Source of the DNA: Callorhinchus milii
Lineage: Eukaryota
Direction: 5' to 3'
Assembly: GCF_018977255.1 (NCBI RefSeq)
Contig: NW_024704743.1
Location: 111,478,001 to 111,542,000 of the forward strand
DNA length: 64,000 nt
Shown: positions 25,810-36,800 of the stretch, in pieces
How the letters are laid out: every line of letters starts with the position of its first letter
Position numbering within the stretch: position 1 is the first letter of the stretch
Notes under the pieces: generated by a model
Seen by the model: the letters and a program-made list of their open reading frames with translations, nothing else
The model's database searches: none
What the model was told of the DNA's origin: nothing
Translations under genes and position numbers: made by a program

Positions 25810-26005
25810 TACTCTTGCCTCCTTCAAGTCCCCTCTAAAGACCTTCCACTTTGACTGTGCCTTCAGCCACCCTCCCACCTCCTTGCCCTCCACCCCTCCT
25901 GACCCCAACCCCCAGCTCAGGTCCAAAAAACCCTGACTGTCCAGCGCCCTGAGACGTCTTTCCGATGTGAAGGGCGCTATACAAGTGTAATTTGTTGTTG
26001 TTGTT
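25810..26005 (+). mobile_element. L2 3' end (second subfamily) inserted in the satellite
   Basis: ccttcaagtc...ctgtccagcgccctgagacgtctttccgatgtgaagggcgctatacaagtgtaatttgttgttg, close to 61770-61957. Confidence 0.9.
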
Positions 26006-27404
26006 GAAGCAGAGAGAGAAAGAGACAGCTAGACAAACAGGGCAGTGAGAGACACATGGCAGAAAGAGATGTAGTGGAGACAGAGAATGAGCAAAGAGAG
26101 AGACAGAGCACAGAGCGGACAAGGAAGGAGAGAGAGGAGCAGAAAGAGAGAGCAGTGAAAAAGAGAGAGACAGAACTGAGGAGAGCGGAGAGAGTGTGGA
26201 GAGAGACAGAGCGGAGAGAGAAAAGTGGAAGAGGAAAAAGAGATGGACAGATACATAGCGGAGAGAGAGACAAAGTGGAGAGACAGAGTGAGCTAAGAGA
26301 GGGATGGAGCAAAGAGCAAGAAGGAGTGGAAATAGAGAGAGGAGCAGAGAGGCAGACTTAGATCACCATGTGAATGTTGTTTATCACATACTAGTCTGTA
26401 TTGTAATGATTCGTAGACACTATCAAACTAATCGGATTAAGCTAAATTGTTTAGAGTTTATGTGTAAGTCTGTCGTATGTTACGGGGCAGTTGATATAAC
26501 TTTAGATAAAATGTTATGCGAAAATGACAGTATGTGTGGCTTGAGAAGTTAAATTAGTTCAGAAGAAAGAAATGTGGAGCAGAGAGAGATATAGAGGAAA
26601 TGTATAAATATATATAGAGAAAGCACACAAAGCAGAAAGAGATGGAGAACAGACAGACATCCAGAACAGAGAGTGCGAGAGGGAGAGCAGAGAAGAAAAG
26701 GGTGGAGAAAGAAAAAAAGAAGGATGGAGCAAAGAGAGAGAAAGATGGAGCAGAGAGAGACAAACCAGAGAGATTAGACATAGGAGAGAGGGAGCAGAGA
26801 GAGAGATGGAGCTGAGAAAGAGAGAGAGAGGGAGTTGTGAAAGAGAGAGACAGAGCAGAGAGACACGAAGCAGAGAGAGGGGGAGAAAGAGAGAGATGGA
26901 GCAGAGAAATGCGGCAGAGAGAGTCAGGAGAGAGATGGAGCAAAGAGAGAGCAGAAATATTGAGTAAGATGGAGCAGAGATGGAGAAATGACCAGACATG
27001 CAGCAGAGAGACACACACACAGAGCAGTGAGGATGAGAGTGGGAGCAGAGAGAGAGAACCAGGGAAAGATAGAAAAAAGAGAGACTGTGGTGGAGCAGTG
27101 AGAGACTGAGCAGAGAGACATCTAGATGGAGGAGAGAGATAGAAAGAGATGGAGCCGGGAGAGAGGGAGACATGGAACAGAGAGAGAGAGAGAGAGAGAG
27201 ACCAGAGATATTGAGCAAGATGGAGCGGAACGATGAAGGGAGACAGACATGCAGTAGAGAGAGAAACACACACACACAGCAGACAGGGCGAGAGAGAGAG
27301 CAGAGAAGGAGGAGGGGAACAGAGAGAACAACACAGAGAAAGACGGAGCAAAGAGAGTGGTGGTGCAGAGAAATCAAGCAAGGAGAGAGAGTGAGTGAGA
27401 TAGA

Positions 27405-27490
27405 GAAACAACAACATCAACAACAAAATTACATTTGTATAGGGCCTTTCACATCAGGAGGACGAGCCAAGGCGCTGGACAATCAATGTT
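27405..27490 (-). mobile_element. Short L2 tail
   Basis: aacaacaaaattacatttgtatagggcctttcacatc...ggcgctggaca. Confidence 0.75.
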
Positions 27491-28412
27491 TTGGAAAGAG
27501 AGGGAGTGGAGAGAAAGAGAGAGAGATGAAACCCCAGAGAAAGAGCAAAGGGAGAGACAGAGCTGAGAGAGAGACTGAATAGAGAAAGTTGGATCAGAGA
27601 CACAGAAGGAGCAGACAAGATACATATGGAAAGAGATAGACAGAAAAGAGAGAGAAAGAAACAAGAACACAGAGATAAGAGAGAGAGGGGTATGGAGCAA
27701 AGAGAGAGAGAAAGAGAGGGAGATTGATAGAAACAGAGCAGAGAAGGAAAGAGAGATGGAAACAGAGAAGAGAGAAGAGAGAGACAATTGGAATAGAGAA
27801 ATAATTTGAGAGGGAACAACGTAGCAGTGAGAGCGAGAGAGAGACGCAGCAGAGAGAGAGGGAGTCAGAGCAAACAAGGGGAGGGAGAGAGAGAGAGAGA
27901 GAACAGATGTGAAACACAGTCAGAGGAGCAGTGAGAGGGAGTGAGGGAAAGGTGGAACTAAAAGTAAAAAGCAGAAAGAGAGAGTGGAGCAGTGAGAGAG
28001 CGAGATAGAGCGGGGAGTGAGTGAGAGAGGGAGAGAGAGAGAGGGAAAGGAGTGAGAGAGAGATGGAGAGGAAAAAGTGATATGGAGCTGAAAAAGAGAA
28101 AAATGAAGGGGGAGAGAGAAACTAAGGTGGAACTAAGAGAGAGATGGAGAAGAGAGAGAACGAGAGGAGCAGAGAGAGAGAGACACACACACACATGGAG
28201 CAAAAAGGGGGAAGAGGAGTGGAAAGGGAGAAAGAAAGACGATGTGGAGAGAGAGAGAGAAAATTGAACAGATAGAGAGAATGAAAGACGGCGCTAAGAG
28301 AGATATGGAGCAGAGAGTAAAAGTGCACAGAGAGGAAGAGATAGACAAACAGAGAAAGAGAGAGATTGAACAGGGAGAGAGAGAGACAGAGCGCAGAGAG
28401 CAGAATGGGAGC

Positions 28413-28592
28413 AGCAACAACAACAACAACAACGACTTGGATTTATATAGCACCCTCCACACTGGACGGAGTCCCAGAGCACTTTACAGTAACGGATCCC
28501 GAGACCGAGCCGGGGGAGGGGGAGGAAGATGACCAAAGGCGCGGTCGAAAAGAAAGGTCTTCAGCAGAGACCTGAAAATCGGAAGGGAGGGA
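28413..28592 (-). mobile_element. L2 3' end, same subfamily as the element at 7607
   Basis: Highly similar to 7607-7780 (cagtaacggatccc...gaccaaaggcgcggtcgaaaagaaaggtcttcagcagagacctgaaaat). Confidence 0.93.
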
Positions 28593-28770
28593 GTAGCAGA
28601 GAGAGAAAGAGAGAGAGTGTGTGGGAGAAAACAAAAAACTGAGAGGAGAGAGACAGAGGCATAGAAAGAGCAATATGGAGCAGAGATAGAAAGAGACAAA
28701 AAGGAGAGAGGGATATCGAGCAGAGAGAAACATGGAGTGAGAGAGAAACAAGGAGTGAGAGAGCAACATG

Positions 28771-28805
<35 letters not shown>

Positions 28806-29430
28806 GAACCTGAGAGAGAGTGAGCAGAGCGGGGAAGAGATGTAGCAGAGAGAAAGAGGGATGGAGTAGAGAGAGGGCGAGATGCAGCAGAGAGGCGGGA
28901 GAGATTCAGCAAAGAGAGGGAGAGATGGGGCAGAGAGAGGGAGTGATGGAACAGTGATAGGGAGAGGTGGAGCAGAGAGGGAAAGTGTTAGAGAGAGAGG
29001 GAGAGATGGGGCAGAGTGTGAAATAGGGAGAAATGGGGCAGAAATAGGGAAAGATCGAGCAGAGAAAGTGTGAGAGTGAGGGAGAGATGGAGCAGAGAGA
29101 GGGAGAGATGGGGCAGAGAAAGGGAGAGATGGGGCAGAAAGAGGGAGAGATGCAGCAATGAGAGGGTGAGATGGGGCAGAGAGAGAACGAGATGGAGCAG
29201 AGAAAGAGAGATGGGCAGAGAGAGGGATTGTGAGAGAGAGGGAGAGATGGACAGAAGAGGGAGAGATGGAGCAGAGAGTGGGAGAGATGAGCAGCGAAAG
29301 GGAGAGAGTAGGAGAGAGAGGGAGAGATGAGGAAGAGATATAGAGTGTGAAAGAGAAGGAGAGATGGGGCAGATTGTGAGATAGGAGAAATCGGGTAGAG
29401 AGAGTCGGAGTAGAGAGTGAGAGAGATGGG

Positions 29431-29465
<35 letters not shown>

Positions 29466-30294
29466 GAGAGAGAGAAATGGGGCAGAGAGAGGGCGAGATG
29501 GGGTATAGAGAGGGAGAAATGGGGCAAAGAGAGGGAGAGGGAGGGATGGACCAGATAGAGGGAGAGATGGGGCAAAGAAAGAGAGACAGATGGAGCAGAG
29601 TGAGGGAGTGATGGAGCGGGGAGAGGGATTTACAGAGAAAGGGAGAGATGTGAGCGAGAAGGAGAGATGGAGCAATGCGAGAGAGAGCAATAGAGCAGAG
29701 AGAGAGAAATGGAGAGATGGAGCAGAGAGAGGGAGTGATGGGCCAGAAAGAGGAAGAGATGAGTCTGAGAGATGCGGCAGAGAGAGGAAGAAAGGCTGCT
29801 GAGAGATAGGGCAGAGAGGTAGTGATGGGGCAGAGAGAGGGGAGAGATGGGGCAGAAAGATGGAGAGATGCAGCAGAGAGAGGGCGAGATGGGGCAGAGA
29901 GAGTGAGAAATGGAGCAGAGAGAGTGAGAGATAGAGCAGAGAGTGGGAGAGATGGGCAGAGAGAGGGGGAGAGTAGGAGAGAAAGGGAAAGATGGGGAAG
30001 AGATAGAGAGGGTAAGAGAGAGGGTGAGATGGGGCAGAGAGTGAGCAAGTGTGAAAGAGGGAGAGGTAGAGATGGGGAAGAGATGGAGGGATGGGGTATA
30101 GAAAAAGAGAGAGATGGAGGAATGGAGTACAGAGAGGAAGAGATGGAGCAGAGACAGGGAGAGATGGAGCGAGATAGAGAGTGCGAGAGAGAGGAAGAGA
30201 TGGGGAAGAGCATGAGAGAGGGAGAAATAGGGCAGAGGGAGGGAGATGGAGCAGTGACAGAACAGGAGAGTTGGTGCAGAGAGAGAGAGAGAGA

Positions 30295-30317
30295 TTAGGG
30301 TTAGGGTTAGGGTTAGG
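30295..30317 (+). repeat. Interstitial telomeric-type tract (TTAGGG)3-TTAGG
   Basis: Read directly. Related tracts at 31801-31823, 32245-32255 and 34927-34943. Confidence 0.85.
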
Positions 30318-30488
30318 AGATGGAGCAGTGAGAATGACAGATGAAGCAGACAGAGGGAGAGATGCAGCAGAGAGAGGGAGCGATGGGGCAGAGAGAGGGA
30401 GAGGAGGAGAAAGGAAGAGGTGGAGAGAGATGAGGCAGATAGTGAGAGTGATGGATTAGAGAGAGCCACTGATGGGGCAGAGAGGGAG

Positions 30489-30821
30489 ATAATAATAATA
30501 ATAATAATAATAATCCTTGCATTTGATATAGCGCTTTTCACATCGGGAGGACGTCCCAAAGCGCTTCACAGAACACACTGTAAAGTGAATTGACTGTATA
30601 TTTGTGGGCGAACGCGGCAGCCAATTGCGCACAGCAATGTCCCACAAACAGTCGTAGGTTGAAAATGACCAATTTATTATTGTTTTTGGTTTTGGAGGGA
30701 TTATTATTAGGCTCTGTGTGGAGTAAGGAAACTTGCCCAAGGTTTCGCCCTCTGCCTGGAATTGAACTCAGGTCTCTCGCTTGCAAAGCGAGTGCTCTAA
30801 CCACTGAGCTACAGGACTCCA
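30489..30821 (-). mobile_element. Young full-length tRNA-Deu-L2 SINE inserted in the satellite
   Basis: The reverse complement is very similar to 23351-23680. Long (TTA)n tail with CpGs retained. Confidence 0.95.
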
Positions 30822-33800
30822 TGTGGCAGAGAGAAAAAGAGATGGAGCAGAGAGAGGAAGAGATGGAGCAGACAGAGGGAGACATGGGACAGAGAAAGAG
30901 AATGTGAAAGAGAGGTAGAGGTGGAGCAGAGTGGGAGAGATGGAGCACAGAGAGAGAGAGAGAAAGATTGAGAAGAGTGAGGGAGAGGTGGAGCTGAGAG
31001 GGAGAGATGGAGCAGAGAGAGGGAGTGTGAGAGGAAGGAAGAGAAAGGGGCAGAGAGAGGGCGAGATGGCACAGAGAAAGAGAATGTGAAAGAGAGTGAG
31101 TGGTGGAGCAGAGTGGGAGAGATGGAGCAGACAAAGGGAGAGATGTAGCAGAGAGAGGGATAGATGGGGCAGAGAGATGGGGCAGAGAGATGGAGAGATG
31201 GGGCAGAGAGTGGGAGAGATGCTGCAGAGAGAGGGCAAGATGGGGCAGAGAGTGGGAGAGATGCAGGTAAAGAGTGGTAGAGGTGGAGCACAAAGAGGGA
31301 GAGATGAGGCACAGAGAGGGAAAGATGGGGCAGAGAGAGTGTGTGAGAGAGGGAGAGGTAGAGATGGGGCAGAGGGAGGTAGAGATGGAGCAGAGATGGA
31401 GGGATAGGGTAGAGAAAGAGAGAGAGATGGAGTACAGAGAGGGAGACGTGGGACAGAGCGTGGAAAAGATGGAGCAGAGAGGAAGAGATGGAGCAGAGAT
31501 AGAGAGTGTGAGAGAACGGGAGAGATGGGGCAGAGAGAGAGAGATGGGGCAGAGAGTGTGTGCGAGAAAGGGGGAGGGATGGAGCAGTGAGAGGGAGAGA
31601 TAGAGCAGTGAGAGGGAGAGATGTAGCAGACAGCGGGAAAGATGTGGCAGAGAGAGGAAAAGATGGAGCAGAGATAGAGAGTGTGAGAGAGAGGGAGATA
31701 AGGGGCAGAACATGAGAGAGGGAGAAATAGGGCCGAGGGAGCGAGAGATGGAGCAGAGAGAGAATGGGAGAATTGGGGCAGAAAGAGAGAGATAGAGAGA
31801 TTAGAGTTAGGGTTAGGGTTAGGAGATGGAGCAGAGAGAGGGATAGTTGGGGCAGAGAGAGGGAGAGATGGGGCAAAGAGAATGTGCGAGAGAGAGAGTG
31901 AGATGGAGCAGTGAGAGGGAGGGATGGGATGGAGAGAGGGAGGGATGCAGCAGAGAAAGAGAATGTGAAAGAGAGGGAGAGTTGGAGCAGAGATGGAGCA
32001 GAGAAAGAGAATGTGAAAGAGGGAGAGGTAGAGATGGGGCAGAGGGAGGTAGAGATGGAGCAGAGATGGAGGGATGGGGTAGAGAAAGAGAGAAAGATGG
32101 AGGGATGGAGTACAGAGAGGGAGAGATGGAGCAGAGAGAGGGAGAGATAGAGCAGAGATAGAGAGTGTGAGAGGGGTGGGGGGAGATGGAGCAGAGATAG
32201 AGAGTGTGAGAGAACGGGAGAGATGGGGCAGAAAGAGAGAGAGATTAGGGTTAGGAGGTAGAGCAGAGAGAAGGATACTTGGAGCAGAGAGGGGGAGAGG
32301 AGGAGAAAGGAAGAGGTGGAGAGAGATGGGGCAGAGAGAAAGAGAGATGGAGCAGAGAGAGGAAGAGGTGGGGCAGAGAAAGGGAATGTGAAAGAGAGGG
32401 AGAGGTGGAGCAGAGTGGGAGAGATGGAGCAGAGAGAGGGAATGTGAGAGAAAGGGAAAGATGAGGCAGAGAAAGAGTGAGAGAGATGGAGAGTTGGGGC
32501 AGATAGAGGAAGAGATGAGCAGAGCGGGAGAGACGGAGTAGAGAGAGGGTGTGTGGGAGAGATGGGGCAGATAAAAGGAGAGATAGGACAGAGAGAGAGA
32601 GAGAGATGGAGCAGAGAGAGGGAGAGATGGAGCAGATAGTGTGTGTGAGAGAGAGGGAGATATGGGGCAGAGCATGAGCGAGGGAGAAATAGGCCAGAGG
32701 GAGGGAATGATGGGGCAGAGAGAGAACGGGAGAGATGGAGCAGAGAGGGAGAGATGAAGCAGAGAGGGAGAAATGGAGCAGAGAGAGGGAGAGATGGAGC
32801 AGAGAGGGAGAGGTGGAGCAGAGAGAGGGAGAGGTGGAGCAGAGAGAGGGAGAGGTGGAACAGAGAGCGGGAGAGGTGGAACAGAGAGAGGGAGATATGG
32901 AGCAGAGAGAAGGAGAGAAGGAGCAGAGATAGAGTGTGAGAGAGAGGGAGATATGGGGCAGAGCATGAGAGAGGGAGAAATAGGGCAGAGAGAGGGAGAG
33001 ATGGAGCAGAGAGAGGGAGAGATGGAGCAGAGAGAGGGAGAGATGGAGCAGAGAGGGAGAGGTGGAGCAGAGAGAGGGAGAGGTGGAGCAGAGAGAGGGA
33101 GAGGTGGAGCAGAGAGAGGGAGAGGTGGAGCAGAGAGAGGGAGATATGGAGCAGAGATAGAGTGTGTGAGAGAGGGAGAGATGGAGCAGAGAGAGGGAGA
33201 GGTGGAGCAGAGAGAGGGAGAGGTGGAGCAGAGAGAGGGAGAGGTGGAGCAGAGAGAGGGAGATATGGAGCAGAGAGAAGGAGAGAAGGAGCAGAGATAG
33301 AGTGTGTGAGAGAGGGAGAAATAGGGCAGAGAGAGGGAGAGATGGAGCAGAAAGGGAGAGATGCAGCAGAGAGAAGGCGAGATGGGGAAGAGAGAGGGAG
33401 AGATGCAGCAGAGAGCGAGAGAGGTGCAGAGAGATGGAGCAGAGAGAGGGAAAGATGGAGCAGAGAGAGAGTGTGAGAGTGAGGAAGAGATGGGGCAGAG
33501 AGAGTGTGATATGTGGTAGAGAAATCGAGAGATGGAGCAGAAAGGGAGAGATGGAGCAGAGAGAGAGCGAGAGATGGAGAGATGGAGCGGAGAGCAGAGA
33601 GAGGAAGAGATATAGCAGAGAGAGGGCGAGATGGGGAAGTGAGAGGGAGAGATGGAGCAGAGAGGGAGAGTTGGGTCAGAATGATGGAGATGCGGAGCAG
33701 AGAGAGGGAGCAGAGAGAGAGCTGGAGCAGAGAGAGGGAGAGAGGGAGCAGCGATAGAGAGTGTGAGAGAGAAGGAAAGATGGGGCAAAGAGAGTGAGGA

Positions 33801-36800
33801 ATGGCGCAGAGAAAGAGAATATGAGAGTGGGAGAGGTGGGACAGAGAGAGGGAGAGGTGGAGCAAACAGAGTGTGTGAGAGAGAGGGTAAGGTGGAACAG
33901 AGTGGGAGAGATGGAGCAGAGAGATTCTGTGAGAGAGGGAGAGATGGGGCAGAGAGTGAGAGAGTGTGAGAGAGGGAGAGGTAGAGATGGGGCAGAGGGA
34001 GGTAGAGACGAAGAGATGGGGTAGAGAAAGAGAGAGAAATGGAGTGATGGAGTACAGAGAGGGAGAGATGGAGCAGAGACAGGGAAAGATGGAGCAGAGA
34101 TAGAGAGTGTGAGAGAGAGGGAGATAAGGGGCAGAACATGAGAGAGGGAGAAATAGGCCAGAGGGAGGGAATGATGGGGCAGAGAGAGAATGTGAAAGAG
34201 AGGGAGAGTTGGAGCAGAGATGGAGCAGAGAAAGAGAATGTGAAAGAGAGGGAGAGGTGGAGCAGAATCGGAGAGATGGAGCAGAGAGAGGGAGAGATGG
34301 GGCAGAGAAAGAGAATGTGAAAGAATGGGAGAGGTGGAACAGAGAGAGGGATAGATGGAGCAAAGAAAGAGATGGAGCAGAGAGGGGGAGAGATGCTGCA
34401 GAGAGAGGGCAGACAGAGGGAGAGATGCTGCAGAGAGAGGACAAGATGGGGCAGAGAGTGGGAGAGATGCAATAGAGAGTGGGAGAGGTGGAGCAGAGAG
34501 AGGGAAAGATGGAGTAGAGAGTGTGAGAGAAGCGGAGAGATATAGCAGTGAAAGTGAGAGATGGAGCACAGAGAGGGAGAGATGGGACAGAGAGAGAGGC
34601 AAAGATGGGGAAGAGAGAGTGCGTGAGAGAGGGGGAAGAGAGGGGGCAGTGAGAGGGAGAGATGTGGCAGAGAGAGGGAAAGATGGAACAGAGAGAGTTT
34701 GTGTGAAAGAGGAAGAGATGGGGCAGAGAGTGAGAGAGGGAGAGGTAGAAATGGGGCAGAGGGAGGAGAGATGGAGGGATGGGGTAGAGAGAGAGAGATG
34801 AAGGGATGGAGCAGAGAGAGGGAGAGATGGAGCAGAGATAGAAAGTGTGAGAGAGAGGGAGAGTTGGAAAAGAGATAGAGAGTGAGAGAGAACGAGAGAG
34901 ATGGGGCAGAAAGAGAGAGAGAGAGATTAGGGTTAGGGTTAGGAGAGATGGAGCAGAGAGAGGGATAGATGGAGCAGAGAGGGTGAGCGATGGAGCAGTG
35001 AGAATGACAGATGAAGCAGAGCGAGGGAGAGATGGAGCAGAGCGAGAGAGAGATGGAGCAGAGCGAGAGAGAGATGGGGCAGAGAGCGGGAGTGATGGAG
35101 TAGAGAGAGGGAGAGGAGGAGAAAGGAAGAGGTGGCCAGAGATGGGGCAGAGAGTGGGAGAGATGGATTAGAGCGAGCCAGTGATGAAGCAGAGAGGGAG
35201 TAATGTGGCAGAGAGAGAGAGATGGAGCAGAGAGAGGAAAAGATGGCACAGAGAAAGAGAATGTGAGAGAGGGAGAGATGGAACAGTGAAAGAGAGGGAG
35301 AGAGAGAGATGAAGCAAAGTAAGGGAGAGATGGGAGAGAGGGGGAGAGATGGGGCAGAGAAAGAGAATATGAAAGAGAGTGAGAGATGGAGCAGAGAGAG
35401 AGAGAAAGATTGAGAAGAGTGAGGGAGAGCTGGAACAGAGAGGGAGAGATGGAGCAGAGAGAGGGAGTGTGAGAGAAAGGGAAGGATGGGGCAGAGAAAG
35501 AGTGAGAGAGATGGAGAGTTGTGGCAGACAGAGGAAGAGATGGGGAAGAGAGAGGGCGAGGTGGGGCAGAGAGTGGGAGAGATGGGGAAGAGAGAGGGAG
35601 AGATGGAGCAGCGAAAGGGTGTGTGGGAGAGTGGGAGAGATGGGGCAGAGCATGAGAGAGGGAGAAATAGAGCAGAGGGAGGGAATGATGGGGCAGAGAG
35701 AGAGAGAGAGATGGGGAAGTGAGAGATACAGATGGAGCAGAGAGAGAGAGATGGAGCAGAGAGGGAGAGATGGAGCAGAGAGAGGGATAGATGGAGCAGA
35801 GAGAGAGAGAGAGGTGGAGCAGAGAGAGGGAGAGGACGAGAAAGGAAGAGGTGGAGCAGAGAGAGGGAGAGAGATGGACAGAGTGTGAGAGATGGAGTGG
35901 AGAGCCAGCGATGGGGCAGAGAGGGAGATATGTGCAGAGAGAAAGAGAGATGGAGCAGAGATAGAGAGTGTGAGAGAAAGGGAGAGATGAGGCAGTGTGA
36001 GAGAGGAAGAAATAGGGCAGGGAAAGGGAGTGATGGGGCAGGGAGAGAGCGAGATGGGGCAGAGAGTGGGAGAGAGAAGGGGCAGAGAGTGGGAGCGATG
36101 TGGCAGAGAGTGAGAGAGTGTGAGAGAGGAAGAAGTAGAGATGGGGCAGAGCGAGGTAGAGATGGAGCAGAGAGAGGGGGAGAGATGGGCAGAGAAAGGA
36201 AGAGAGTAGGAGAGAAAGGGAAAGATGGGGAAGAGATAGAGAGGGGAAGAGAGAGGGTGAGATGGGGCAGAGAGTGAGAGAGAGGGAGAGGTAGAGATGT
36301 GGCAGAGGGAGGTAGAGATGGAGCAGAGATGGAGGGATGGGGTAGAGAAAGAGAGAGAGATGGAGGGATGGAGTACAGAGAGGGAGAGATGGAGCAGATA
36401 GAGGGAGATATGGGGCAGAGCATGAGAGAGGGAGAAACAGGGCAGTGGGAGGGAGTGATGGGGCAGAGAGAGAGAGAGTGAGATGGGGAAGTGAGAGGTA
36501 GAGATGGAGCAGAGAGAGGGATAGATGGAGCAGAGCGAGGGGAGATGGAGCAGTGAGAGGAGAGTTGGGGCAGAAAAGAGAGAGATGGGGCAGAGCGTGA
36601 GAGAGTGAGAAATAGGGCAGATAGAGGGAGTGATGGGGCAGAGAGAGAGTGAGATGGCGAAGAGAGAGGGTGAGGTGGGGCAGAGAGTGGGAGAGATGGA
36701 GCAGTGAGGGAGAGATGCAGCAGAGAGAGGGCGAGATGGGGAAGAGAGAGGGAGGGATGCAGCAGAAAGCGAGAGAGATGCAGAGAGATGGAGAGATGGG

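Noticed and set aside
32770..33300. CRISPR-like regular repeats (also at 43627-43870)
   Set aside because: Head-to-tail tandem units with no unique spacers and no cas genes, in a eukaryotic context.
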